Origin: Elsinoe ampelina
Lineage: Eukaryota
Length of the DNA: 64,000 nt
Direction of reading: 5' to 3'
Assembly: GCA_010093995.1 (NCBI GenBank)
Contig: ML992503.1
Span: 921,234 to 985,233 of the forward strand
Part shown: piece after piece, positions 25,601-39,926 of the stretch
Numbering within the stretch: position 1 is the first letter of the stretch
How the letters are laid out: the number at the start of each line of letters is the position of its first letter
Program-made: the position numbers and the translations under genes
The notes under the pieces: generated by a model
Database searches by the model: none
What the model was told of the DNA's origin: nothing
Seen by the model: the letters and a program-made list of their open reading frames with translations, nothing else

Positions 25601-28600
25601 AGCTCTTAGGTCGAACTTTAAGCTAAATTAGAGAGAGTTTAAGCTAATCTCCTATAGCACTTAGTTAATGTATAAGTTCTCTTACGTACTTGCCTACGTA
25701 AGTAACACTAAGCGAGAAGAGCTAACTATTACTTTTATCGGCGCTACTGCCTTTATATTAGTAGTTAAATACTAAGAGAATAAGGTATTTACAATCTCGG
25801 TAAAGAATATTAAAGACTACTACTAAATAGTCTCCGAGCTAGAACTAGATTCTATAGTAGTCCTCCTAGAGGAGTTATAGGAGTTTACTAATGTCTTCTC
25901 TAAAGAATAATCTAATACGCTCCCTTAGTATCGGCTAGATTTTAACAACTATATTATACTTAAAGATAGTACTAAGCTACTATATATAGAGCCTTTATAC
26001 TACCTATCGCTAGAAGAACTCGATATAGTAGAATAATTCATCTAAGAACATCTTAATAAAGGCTTTATTATACTAAGTTCCGCTAGCTATTCCTTACCTA
26101 TTCTCTTTGTTTATAAGCTAGGTAGAGGACTCCGTCTCTACGTTAACTACTGTAGCCTTAACGAGGTAACTAAGCGAGATATCTATCCTCTACTCCTTAT
26201 CGAAGAAACGCTTATACGCGTAAGTAAGGCTAAATAGTTTAGTAAGATTAACATCTATTAAGCCTTTTACCGCCTCTATAACTCTATTAATAGTAAAGAT
26301 CTTACTATGTTCTCTATATATATAGGTAACTTTAAGTAGCTAGTAATACCGTTCGGCCTTACTAATGCCTCTATAGTCTAGTAGAGGTTTATAAATTACA
26401 ACTTCGTCGATATGCTAGAGCGCTTCGTATCGATCTACCTAGACAATATTCTTATCTATACGAATAGCTCCTACTAAGAGCACGCTGAGCATATTAAGCT
26501 AGTACTCTAGAGACTCTACGAATTAGGCCTAAACGCTAATATTAAGAAGAGTAAGTTCTACCTAACAGAGGTAAAGTATCTTAGTATTATTATTGGCCGA
26601 GATAGAGTTAAAATAGATCTAAAGAAGATAGAAGCTATACGAGTCTAGAAATAGCTAGCTTCTAGTAACACTACTTAGGTAAGAAGCTTTATTAGTTTCT
26701 ATAGCTACTATCGCCGCTTTATTAAGGGATTTAGCACTATTACTAAGCTGCTAAATAATCTCCTTAAGAAGGACACTATACTATAGAACGATAAGTGTAC
26801 TACTATATTTAACTATATAAAGTACACTATTATAAGTGTGCCTATCCTTACGTATTTTAATTACTCGAAGTAGATAGTCCTTAAGACTAACACCTCCGAC
26901 ACTACTACCGCTAGAATTCTATTATAATATAACAAGTCTAACGTTCTCTAGCCTATTGCCTTTTTTAGTAAATCTATAAATAAAGCTAAACGTAACTACG
27001 CTATCTACGACAAGGAACTACTAGTAATTGTCTAAGCCTTCGAGGAATAGGCCCCTAAGCTTATAAGTACTTAATCTAATAAGGCTATCTACGTCCTTAC
27101 TAACTACTAATCCTTAATGCACTTTATAAAGACTTAGAAGCTATTACGCTGCTAAGTACGCTAGGCCCTCTACCTCGCGTAGTTTAACTTTAAGATTATA
27201 TATAGGCCTAGCGCTACTAACAGCAAGGCTAACGCACTTACGAGAAGGAATAGAAACGTGCTATATTCGAGAGAAGACTCTAATCTACGCTAGACGCTAC
27301 TACTATATAAGGTGCTAGATTAGTGTATTATCGACAAACTAAATCTAGGTCGCATCCGAACTAGATTACTAATCTAGGCCGAACTAAGATCTAGTTTAGT
27401 ATCTAGTTTGCGGACTAGTTTACTATTTAGTTCGCTACTAATTTCGCCTCCTATTTCGCCACCTGTATTAGCGCCTATTTCGGCCGCCGAACTAGGCATC
27501 TACGTAGTACCTATCTTAGCTACGGAAGAACCTTTACCCCTTTTCGAAGAAGTAGCTAAAGCTAACTTACGAGACGCTAAGTGCAAAACAGTTAGAGGCA
27601 TCTACTATATAATAGAGGCCTTCCTAAAGAGGAAATAGCTACTGTCGAGCGATGTTACTATTAATAAAGGAGTGTTATAAGTCGCCGGCTAACTATTCGT
27701 ACTATAGTTAATAGCCGCAAAGGTTATCTAAGAAGTCTATATATCGAAGGACTATATATATAGAGGAGCCACTAAAATAGCTACTATAATTAAGACTACC
27801 TTTTATATCCCGAGCTATAACAACTTTATTAAGAGGTTCGTAGCTAACTATTATAACTATAAGCGCTTAAAGGCTCGCTATAGCTTACTAGCTAGCCTTC
27901 TATTGCTATTGCCTATTCCGGTGAGACCTTAGTAACATATTACTATAGACTTCGTTACTAGCCTACCCCTAGTAAATAGCTATAACGTAGTACTATATAT
28001 TGTCGATCGCTTGTCTAAGGAGCGACACTTAATCTCTTACCTCTAGGGAGAAGAAGAAACCTCTATATTCGAGACAGCTAAGCTATTATTCTTCTACGTG
28101 TAGAAACTATATAGCCTACTAGATAGTATTACCTTTAACTACGGCCCTTAGTTCGTTAGCGACATATAGAAGAGGCTCTACTAGATCCTAAAGATTATAG
28201 CTAAGCTATCTACTGCCGGCTACCCTTAAATAGATAGCTAATTAGAAGTTATAAACTGAGAGTTCGAACGAGTTATTTAATCCTATATAATATAGTTTAG
28301 TAATTAAACTCTTGTTCTACTAGTTATAGAGTTCTCTATAAACGCTAACCCCTCGGAAAGTACTAAGCTATTACTATTTAAGGTAACTAGAGGATATAAG
28401 CTAAGAATAAGCTTCTAGCTCTCTACCGACTTACTATTAATAAGAGCTAAGCTTAATAAGGCCGAAATTCGCGCGCTTACTAAATAACTAGAAGAAGCCC
28501 TTACTATTACTAAAGCTAACCTTACTATTACTTAGTTACGAATAGTAGAGTAAGCTAACAAACACTGCTAGCTAATAGAGTTCGAAGCTAGCGATTTAGT

Positions 28601-29792
28601 GTAGTTATTAACGAAAAACCTTCGGCTATAGAGCAATCCGAAGCTACTACTAAAGTATGTTAGTTCTTATAAGATCCTCGAAAAACAGTTACTATTAGTA
28701 TATAAGCTCGATCTACTAGCTGCTCTATAAAGGATTTACCTCGTGTTCTACGCTAACCTCCTTACTAAGCACCTAAATAACCCTCTACTAGGCTAAGCCT
28801 TTAAGGAACCGCCTCTAGTAGAGATCGACAGTAAGGAAGAGTATAAGGTAGACGACGTAATTAATATATATATACTATAAGAGAAGCTAGTTACTTATGT
28901 AAGCTAGAAGAGCTATCTAGAGAATCTTACCTAGTGGCTAATTAATAACCTTAAAGGAGTAGCCGACATGCTACGTAACTATCTAGACTCTTATATAGAT
29001 AAGCTAAGGCCGAAATAGATTAATAAATAATATACAATAGTATTTAAGGGTAAACGCGCTTAAGAGAGAGAGTAGTAATACGAGATAGATACGAACTAGA
29101 TTTAGTTAGGATCTAGTTTAGATTAGTTATATAATCTTAGTATTATAGCCCGGGCTTCTAGCCGCTCTACTCTCGATATTACGTATGCTTTATATACTAG
29201 CTTTTCTTCTTCTTCTTCTAAGTCTCGATATCTTAACAAATAGACGTAATTCTCTTGTCTTACTAGTTGTAATTACTAGAACGAATACTTCGCTACGTAT
29301 ATACTACTCTATAATAACGCTACTACTCCTAAGAAGAACATTATTCTCCTAAAGCGCTAGATTACTACCTATACTAACTATATATACGAGAAGGCTAGTG
29401 CTAAACGTACGTAGAGTAAGTCTAACACTAAGAGTAAGAGTAAGGTAGTTAATAAGAGTAATAGTAATAGTATAACTTCTTTACGCTATAATAGTACTAT
29501 CGCTATACTCTTCGCCTCTAAAGTCGATACTAAGTAGCTAGCGAAGGCGCTATACCTAGGTATAATTAGTAATACTAGCTTTATGCTTAAGGCTTTAGCT
29601 AGTTATATAAGTCTAGAAGTGCGCCTCTATAACGCCTAAGCTACGCTAACTTTCTTATAGATAGTTACTAAGAATAAGTAAGCCGCTACTATATAGGTAA
29701 TTAATAACGCTACGAGGGCGCTAACTAGGCATATTAATAGTGTTAAGGAGAATAATAAGGATAAGACTAAGGTAAATAATATAGATAGTTAA
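22661..29792 (+). pseudogene. Antisense, two-intron Cys-rich gene carried by Gypsy A (~259 codons), interrupted by B1
   Basis: Exons 22661-22683, 22734-22923, 22968-23019 and 29281-29792. Introns GTAAGT..GCTAAC..TAG and GTATAC..TACTAAC..TAG. The frame is conserved across both introns and the B1 insertion. Confidence 0.65.
23020..29275 (+). mobile_element. Gypsy/Ty3 chromovirus-type LTR retrotransposon B, copy 1 (6256 bp, RIP-inactivated)
   Basis: 200-bp LTRs (23020-23219, 29076-29275), TSD CTAGA, PPT ~29062-29075. De-RIPed CX2CX4HX4C ~24677, IDTGA ~25097, YLDDILIY ~26437, ETDASD ~26883, MDFVTGLP ~27945, chromodomain ~28836-28950. Confidence 0.95.
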
Positions 29793-32700
29793 GGTAGAGA
29801 GAGCTAGGGCGCTACGCCTATACTATGCCCTCTTTACTTTAGTATAATTCTATAGTTTTTACTACGCCGGCATTCTCTCTATATAAGCTAATAATACTCC
29901 GAGCTAACTTAGCGCTATGCCTAGGTACTCTTTACTTCAAAATTTGTACCTTTAACTTATTAATCCTAAGTATATCTAGAGTGTTTAGCTAGCGCTATAC
30001 TTATACTAAGCTACCTCGTATTTATATAGTAATTCCTTAGCGTTTATAAGGTTTTTTACTAGCTTCTATATACTTTCTTCTATAGGGTAACTCTACTACT
30101 TTACTAGGTAGTATAGCGCCTTTAGAGTGCTAGTATAGCTCTTATCGAGGATACGTTTAATAATGTATTCTTTCTACCCTTCTACCTCTAGAGGTAGTAG
30201 GCGTATACTCTTACTATACCTATATAGCTCTAGTAGCGCAATGTTAAAGACGTTATAGATTAGCTTTATTTTGTCTAGTAAGTGTAGCTTATATGCCTAT
30301 ATACTAATTCGTTATATAATTATAAATAGGCTAATATACTTAGCTAATAGCTTATAGCTAGGTCTAGCGCTACGAAGGTTCTTAGTGCTAAGTATAACCT
30401 TATTACTATTATAGAAGACTTTTGCTTATCGACCTCTATTATAGGCTAGCGCTTAGTCTTTCTATGCTTTACGTAGGTGTTAGGCAAGCTCTATACGCGT
30501 TTTAGTAATAAATTACACTTAGTTATTAACTAATAAGTTATACGCTAGTATATAGCTAGGTAGCGCTAGCGCCTTAATATTATTAGGTAGATATATCTCC
30601 TACGTAAATAAGAACTATACTAGCGTAGCGTATAGTAATACTTAATATGTATTATTATACACGAATTGCGCCTACTTAACCTAGTACGGCTAGTTCGTCT
30701 AGTAATAGTTAATAAAGTAGTATAGATACTACTCTAGCGTCTAGTTTTGCCTTTTAGTTTAGCTGTCTATCTATAGATAGAAACTAGTGCTAAGCTTATA
30801 TTACGCCTTCTAGCGCTAGTATAGCGTACTCTAGAATTTACTTATAAAGATAGACTCTCTATCTAAGACTAGTGTCTTTAGCGTTCCGAACAACGTTATA
30901 ATATCTATTTTAAATAGATTAGTAAAGTCTCTAGCGTTAAGCTTAGTCGACGTTAGCGTATAGATACTAAACTTAGACAAGTAATAGATATACACGATAA
31001 TTGTATCTATAATAACGCTAGGCTAGAGCTCTACTAGGGGTAAGCTAGTAATAAAATTAAGCGACTAGTATTATAAGGCCTCGAGTATAGGCAGGATTAG
31101 TAAGAGTTATAGGAGGCTATAAGGCTTATACTATATTACCTTATACCTTTAGTAGCTATCGTAGCGCTCGATATACACTTTCGTAGCAATAGATATACCT
31201 AGCTACTAGTACTTTCTCCTTATATTAAGGTAGGTCTTAGTATAGCTAAAGTAACCCCCTAAGAGGTTATTATAATTGTACTATATAAGCTCTACTCTTA
31301 AGGTAGTTTCTTCTAGGATATATACTCTATCTCTATTCTAGAGTAAGCTATTACTAGATAGGCTCTACTTAGGGGTAGTACTATTACTAGTTAAGGTTCT
31401 CTCTTTTAGAAGTTTCTATTTCTTACTATAAGTAAAGGTGTCTCTTTACTATACTACGTAGATAAGGTCCTAGAGCGACGTAGAAGTAGAAGAGGTATAC
31501 GTAGTCTTATCTACTAGTACTTACGTAGCATAGAGGCGCGTAATCTACTAACTCTAGTCTAAAATTATAGCGGGCTTTCTACTAGAGGTGTCTTAGAGTT
31601 ACGTAGGTATTATACTATCTTTATACCCTTAGCTCTCTATTATTTCCTAGGCGAGTAGTAGTACGTTCTAGAATACTAAAGTAGGTATATATTGTTCTAA
31701 TTCGATATTACTAGTTAGGCTTAGAGAAAGGTTTACGTAAGTGCTCTCTAGGCGCTACTCTTCTTACTCTAGAGGCTTTAACTCTTCTTAGTATAGCTAT
31801 AGCACTCCTAAGGTAATAGGTAGACTTATAGGCGCTATTCTAGAGGTATACTAGAATTATATAAGTGCGTTACGTTAGGGAGTAGTTTAAGGTATATAAG
31901 CTATACTAGCTTTATTACTATCTTTCTAGGCCCTACTAGCCTTAGGTTCCTTATCTATAATAGATATAGGTATAACTTCTTTACTTCGCATTTATAACGC
32001 TTACTCTAAGAGGAGGACTAATATATAGTACTCTTCTTATATATCTTCTTTATGCTTATAGTAGTTAGGCCTATATAATAGACTATTAGCTAGGTTAGTC
32101 TTTCTACTATAGTACTAGATAACAATATCGAACTACGCTAGTACCTCGGCGTAGTAGACCTAGCGCTACGAAAGCTTCTTAGTAGTTAAGAAATACCTAA
32201 GGTTATTATAGTTAGAGAGAACTTTAATTAGGGTAGTAGCGCTAAGTAGGTACTAGCGCTAGTGCTATGCTACTTCTATAATAGCGAGAAGCTCTTTATT
32301 GTAGGTAGTATAGTTTAGTTCTATACCTTATAGCTTCTAGGACTAGAACGCTATAGAGTGCTAGTGTTATATAGGAGTATCGTCTTTGTTTTACTAGGAG
32401 ATTACTCCGGAGAGTATAAAATCTAAAGCGTTAGTCTCGAGCTAGAGAGGCTTACCTAATAAAAAGTAGTATAGTATAGACGCTTACGTAAAGGTAGCTT
32501 TAAGCTTATTAAAGGCCTACGCTACGTTATTACTCTATAGAAATAGGCCTACTTACTTCTCTTAGACTAACTCTTATATAAGTATAGTTAGTAGTAGTAC
32601 TATATAAGAGAAGCTCTTAATAAATTAATAGTAGAAATTAGTAAATCCGAGAAAGGTTTATAACTTCTTAAAGCTAGTAGAAGTAGGCTAGTTAGTAACG

Positions 32701-33063
32701 GCTTATACCCGGGGCTACTCTATTACGACGCTATTGCTACTAATAATATAGCTTAGAAATACTACCTATATTACCTCGAAGATATACTTCTTTAGTTTTA
32801 TATAGAGGCTATTCTTACGTAGGTAGTCTAGTACGCTCCTAATAGCCTAGCGATACTCTTACTCGTCGCTAGCGTAGATTAGAATATCGTTTAGATATAT
32901 AATATAGTAGTAGTCTACTAAGCTACTTAAGTACTAATATATATAAGTCTAGAACGTAGCTAGAGTATTAGTAAGGCTAAAAGGTATAACGGTATATTTA
33001 AAGTAGCTATAGTAATAGCGGAACACTATCTTCTATTTATTACTACGCTAGATACGTACCTAG

Positions 33064-36000
33064 TAATACGAGATAGATACGAACTAGATTTAGTTAGGAT
33101 CTAGTTTAGATTAGTTACGTAATCTTAGCATCGTAGCCCGGGCTTCCGGCCGCTTCGCCCTCGATATTACGTATGCTTTATATACTAGCTTTTCTTCTTC
33201 TTCTTCTAAGTCTTAATATCTTAACGAATAGACGTAATTCTCTTATCTTGCTAGTCGTAATTACTATATTAAGACTTAGAAGAAGCTATAACTAAGCGAC
33301 GGAGCTATTAAACTATCTAGTTATCCTACTACTTATATAACTACTAATAACTACTACTTACGAAGAATTAAAGAATTAAAGAAGAAGCTATTATAACTAT
33401 AGTTCCCGCGTATACTATAATAGATCCTTACTACCGCTATATAGGTTAATACCGCAAACCTCGAAGATATAAGAAAAAGATAATAAGTTAAGTTATAGAC
33501 GACTCTTAAAGGAAGTAGGCTACCGGCTAAAAATTTTAATATTCTCTTTATTACGCGTTAACTTTTTACACTATTCTATTTACGACTAACTACGCTAAGC
33601 ATAGCTCGATCTAACTACGGCGACGAAGAGCACTACTAAAGTAAGCTACCTTAACCTATCCCTAACAATAATAACGCTCCTATCTACTTCCCCTACTATA
33701 ATCTTTTTGCCCTCTTCGACGCTATACTCCTTAAGAAGCTACAGGAAGAGTATAGTATATAGGCACTAAGAGACGTATTTAACTATATCGAGTTCTCCTA
33801 TAATAAGTAAACTACGTAGGTAAAAGGCACTTATACTAACGCTCTCTACTATTACTACGAGTTAGATACTACTTAGGCCTAGCTCGGTAACCTCTAATTC
33901 GAACTAGACATATCTTAGTTCTATACTAATAGCGTTACTGCCTAAGCTACTCGCTACCTAGACAAAATCTAAAAGCTTAAGGCTAAAGTAGACCGACTAA
34001 GAAACGAGATAGAGCGTAGTATACTAGCCCTTTCTATACGCGGCTCTACCTTATTAGAAAAGATACTAGACCTTACTATCTTTAGTATAGGTACACCGGA
34101 GCAGTTTAAGGTCTTTAAGCACTAGATAAGGAATAAGATATATACTAACGTAGATTGTTTCTCTACGAGGGACACCTAGTTTACCTATCTATACTTACGC
34201 CTCTCTAGAGAAGCCTATACCCTTATTATAGACTTAGCTAGTAACAACGTTATTAGCGTCGAAGAGGTCCTTACTCTTCTAGCCTAGCGCTTCGAGGATC
34301 CTAACTATAGAGCTACTATACGTACTTAGTTTACTAACCTCTTCTAGTATAATAGTACGTTTGACTCCTTTATTAGTAAGTTTAATAAGTACGCTCTTTG
34401 CGCTAAGATCGCCGAAGAGGAGTAGCTATACTAGATCCGTTAGAAGATATCTAATAAGCTATACAATACTCTAGTTAACTACGACACTAACAACCTTACT
34501 ACCTTTATTACTAAGGCCTACACTACCGACTATAACATCTAATAGAATAACCTTATTACTAAGTGCACTTAGGCTTTACGTTCTATACTAGCTATAAGCT
34601 ACGCCGCTACTATACCTACTTATGTATCTTATTTTACCTCCGCGCCTATAGCTCTACTTACCTTTCGCCCTATTACTAGAGGTGCTCTATAGCCTTTCCG
34701 TTCGGCTCTAGCACTTACCTATTACACATGCGGTAAGCCTAGACATATCTCTACTAAGTATATAGCTAGCGCCTTAGAGAAGGCTACTTACGCCGCTATA
34801 TGCCCTATACGTATTAGCGCTATAGAGGAGATATAGTAGCTCTAGAATTGCTTAGCTAAGTTAAGTAACTAGGTCGATACTAGTTCGACTTACAAACTAG
34901 ATCTAGTTAAGCCTTAGTTCAACTCCGAAATAGACTACGAGCCTACTAGTTTCTCTAGCTAGAGAAATAAGTAGCTAGAGAACAAGTCCTATTCTCTAGC
35001 GGAATAAGAGTAATTCGAGATAGATCCGGAGATATATAGTTACTAAATAGTATTATTAGCTACTATATCCCCGCTATTATAACTCCTATTACTATTTACG
35101 ACCCCTATAACTACTTGCGTACTATTATACTTTAAGCCTTTATTAATACTAGCGTACTTATTAGCGCCGTAGTTAATTACAACGTTCTTAATAAGCTAAA
35201 GAGCTTCGGCTACCCTGTAGCACTAGCTAGTTCTATTTAGCTTTAAGCCTATAATAGTATTCTAATAGAGTAAGTTATATATAGCGTTCCCCTTACTACT
35301 ACTGTTTCTAGTAAGCTAAATAACCTTACTACCTTTCGTATTATAGATATTAGCCAATTCGACATTATCCTTAGCCTCGGCTAGCTTAAGGCTAATAGGG
35401 CTACTATTAACTACGAGCATAGCTAAGTTATATATAAAGAAGAGTTTTCGCCGATAGTCGTTAAGTAGGAGCTACCGTAGCTAATTAAAAGGCTAGAATC
35501 TAGATCTAAGCCTAGCTTAGATCTAGGAACCTAGCTCGGCAAAGCTGCCGTTTTAGTTTAGAATTAGTTCGGTCCTAGTTTAACACGTAAACTAGGTTCT
35601 AGCTCGGCTACCGAGATAGAGTAAACTAAACTATATCGACTACTAGCTCTTAGGTCGAACTTTAAGCTAAATTAGAGAAAGTTTAAGCTAATCTCCTATA
35701 GTACTTAGTTAATATACAAGTCCTTCTACGTACCTGCCTACGTAAGTAACACTAAGTAAGAAGAGCTAACTATCGCTTTTATTAGCGCCGCTACCTTCGT
35801 ATTAGTAGCTAAATACTAAAAGAATAAGGTGTTTACAATCTTAGTAAAGAATATTAAAGACTACTACCGAATAGTCTCCGAGCTAGAACTAGATCCTATA
35901 GTAGTCCTCCTAGAGGAGTTATAGGAGTTTACCGACGTCTTCTCTAAAGAATAATCTAATACGCTCCCTTAGCATCGGCCGGATTTCGATAACTATATTA

Positions 36001-39000
36001 CACTTAAAGATAGCGCTAAGCTACTATGTATAGAGCCTTTACGCTACCTATCGCTAGAAGAACTTAATATAGTAGAATAATTTATCTAAGAATATCTTAA
36101 TAAAGGCTTTATTACACTAAGTTCCGCTAGCTATTCCTTACCTATTCTTTTTGTTTATAAGCTAGGTAGAGGACTCTATCTCTACGTTAACTACTATAGC
36201 CTTAACAAGGTAACTAAGTAAGACATCTATCCTCTACCTCTTATCGAAGAAACACTTACGCGCGTAAGTAAAGCTAAATAGTTTAGTAAGATTAACATCT
36301 ATTAAGCCTTCTACCGCCTCTATAACTCTGTCGATAGTAAAGATCTTACTATGTTCTCTATATATATAAGTAACTTTAAGTAGCTAGTAATACTATTCGG
36401 CCTTACTAATACCCCTATAGTCTAGTAGAGGCTTATAAATTACAACTTTGTCGATATACTAGAGCGCTTTATATTGATCTACCTAGATAATATTCTTATC
36501 TATATAAATAGCTCCTACCGAGAGCACGCCGAGCATATTAAGCTAGTACTCTAGAGGCTCTACGAATTAGGCCTAAACGCCGACATTAAGAAGAGTAAGT
36601 TCTACTTAACAGAGGTAAAGTATCTTAGTATTATTATTAGCTAAGATAGAGTTAAAATAGATCTAAAGAAGATAGAAGCTATATAAGCCTAGAAATAGCT
36701 AGCTCCTAGTAATACTACTTAGGTAAGAAGCTTTATTAGTTTCTATAGCTACTATCGCTACTTTATTAAGGGATTTAGTACTATCGCTAAGCTACTAAAT
36801 AATCTTCTTAAGAAGGACGCTACACTATAGAATAATAAGTATACTACTGTATTTAACTATATAAAGTACACTATTATAAGTGTACCTATCCTTACGTATT
36901 TCGATTGCTCGAAGTAGATAGTCCTTAAGACTAACACCTCCGACACTACTACCGCTAGAATCCTATTATAATACGACAAGTCTAACGTTCTCCGGCCTAT
37001 TACCTTTTTTAGTAAATCTATAAATAAAGCCGAACGTAACTACGCTATCTACGACAAGGAACTACTAGTAATTGTCTAAGCCTTCGAGGAATAGGCCTCT
37101 AAGCTTATAAGTACTTAATCTAATAAGGCTATTTATGTCCTTACTAACTACTAATCCTTAATGCACTTTATAAAGACTTAGAAGCTATTACGCTACTAAG
37201 TACGCTAGGCCCTCTACCTCGCGTAGTTTAACTTTAAGATTATATATAGGCCTAGCGCTACTAATAGTAAGGCTAACGTACTTACGAGGAGGAATAGAGA
37301 TATACTACGTTCGAGAGAAGACTCTAATCTACGCTAGACGCTACTACTATATAAGGTGCTAGATTAGCGCATTATCGACGAACTAAATCTAGGTCGCATC
37401 TAAACTAGATTACTAATCTAGGCTAAACTAAGATCTAGTTTAGCATCTAGTTCGCGGACTAGTTCGCTATCTAGTTCGCTACTAATTTCGCCTCCTATTT
37501 CGCTACCTATATCGGCGCCTAGTTCGGCTACTAAACTAGGCATCTACGTAGTACCTATCTTAGCTACGGAAGAACCTTTACCCCTTTTCGAAGAAGTAGC
37601 TAAAGCTAACTTACGAGACGCTAAGTGCAAAACAGTTAGAGGCATCTACTATATAATAGAGACCTTCCTAAAGAGGAAATAGCTACTATCGAGCGATGTT
37701 ACTATTAATAAAGGGGTGTTATAGGTCGCTAGCTAACTATTTATACTGTAGTTAATAGCCGTAAAGATTATCTAAGAAGTCTATATATCGAAGAACTATA
37801 TATATAGAGGAGCTACTAAAACGGCCGCTATAATTAAGACTACCTTTTATATCTCGAGCTATAATAACTTTGTTAAGAGGTTCGTAGCTAACTATTACAA
37901 CTATAAGCGCTTAAAGGCTCGCTACGGCTTACTAGCTAGCCTTCTATTACTATTGCCTATTCCGGTAAGACCTTAGCAATATATTACTATAGACTTCGTT
38001 ACTAGCCTACCTCTAGTAGATAGCTATAACGTAGTACTATATGTTGTCGATTACTTATCTAAGGAGCGACACTTAATCCCTTACCTCTAGGGAGAAAAAG
38101 GAACCTCTATATTCGAGATAGCTAAGCTATTATTCTTCTACGTGTAGAAACTACATAGCTTACTAGATAGTATTACCTCTAACTACGGCCCTTAGTTCGT
38201 TAGCGACGTATAGAAGAGGCTCTACTAGATCCTAAAGATTATAGCTAAGCTATCTACTACTAGCTACCCTTAAATAGACGGCTAATTAGAAGTTATAAAC
38301 CGAAAGTTCGAACGAGTTATTCGATTCTATATAATATAGTTTAGTAATTAGACCCTTATCCTACCGGTTATAAAGTTCTCTATAAACGCTAACCCCTTAG
38401 AAAGTACTAAGCTATTACTATTTAAGGTAACTAGAGGATATAAGCTAAGAATAAGCTTCTAGCCCCCTACTAACTTACTATTAACAAGAGCTAAGCTTAA
38501 TAAGGCCGAAATTCGCGCGCTTACTAAACAACTAGAAGAAGCCCTTACTATTACTAAAGCTAACCTTGCTATTACTTAGTTACGAATAGTAGAGTAAGCT
38601 AATAAACACCGCTAGCTAATAGAGTTTAAAGCTAGCGATTTAGTGTAGTTATCGACGAAAAACCTTCGGCTATAGAGCAATCTAAAGCTACTACCGAAGT
38701 ATATTAGTCCTTATAAGATCCTCGAAAAACAGTCGCTATTAGTGTACAAGCTTAATCTACTAGCTGCTCTATAAAGAATTTACTCTATATTCTACGCCGA
38801 CCTCCTTACTAAGTACCTAAATAACTCTCTACTAGGCTAAGCCTTTAAGGAACCGCCTCCGGTAGAGATCGATAGTAAGGAAGAGTATAAGGTAAACGAC
38901 GTAATTAATATACGTATACTATAAGGGAAGCTAGTTACTTATATAAGCTAGAAGAGCTATCCGGAGGATCTTACCTAGTAGCTAATTAACAACCTTAAAG

Positions 39001-39319
39001 AAGTAGCTAACGTACTACGCGACTATCTAGACTCTTATATAGATAAGCTAAGGCTAAAATAGATTAATAAATAATGTATAATAGCGTTTAAGAGTAAACG
39101 CGCTTAAGAGAGAAAGTAGTAATACGAGATAGATACGAACTAGATTTAGTTAGGATCTAGTTTAGATTAGTTACGTAATTTTAGTATCGCAGCCTAGGCT
39201 TCTAGCTACTTCGCCCTTAATATTACGTGTGCTTTATATACTAGCTTTTCTTCTTCTTCTTCTAAGTCTTAATATCTTAACGAATAGACGTAATTCTCTT
39301 ATCTTACTAGTCGTAATTA
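33064..39319 (+). mobile_element. Gypsy/Ty3 LTR retrotransposon B, copy 2 (6256 bp), inserted in the RT of Gypsy A
   Basis: Colinear with B1 at offset 10044. LTRs 33064-33263 and 39120-39319; TSD CCTAG. Confidence 0.95.
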
Positions 39320-39926
39320 CCTAGTAGTAGGTATCTATAAGGTCTAGCTTACTAAATAAGTATACGCCCTCGATATAATTAAGCATCTCGGCAATTAGAG
39401 GCAAGGGGTAATAGTTCTTAATAGTAATATTATTTAGCCTATAATAGTTAATATATAAGTATAGTAAACTATTCTTCTTAGGAACGAATAGGATAGGAGA
39501 CTCTATAGGGCTAGTACTATACTAGAGTCGACTTGTCGCTAAGCTATTATCTATATACTCTCGAAGTACCTAAAGCTCCTTCTTACCGAGGGAGTAGATA
39601 GGTCCCTAGAGTAGCTATTTCCTCTCTTTAATATCGATAGAGTAAGTAAAATTATTACTTAGTAGCGCTATTACTACGCTCTTATTAAAAACGTCTACGT
39701 AGTTATTAAGCTAGTATAGTAGAGTTAGAGCGCCGGGTTTGTCCTAGCATATATATACTAGATAGAGCTAGGCGTTAGACTAATTTAGCTCCTAGGAGAA
39801 GAAGAGTATATCTAGGATTAACACCTATATAGCGCTAGTACAATGCCTCTATATACTAGCGCTCTACTAAATCTTAGAGTTGTAGGACAATAGCTATAGT
39901 AGGCCTAATATAAGATTATAACTAGT

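Noticed and set aside
23020..39319. Four ~200-bp direct repeats as a CRISPR-like or tandem array
   Set aside because: They are the paired LTRs of two copies of Gypsy B, each with TSD and PPT.
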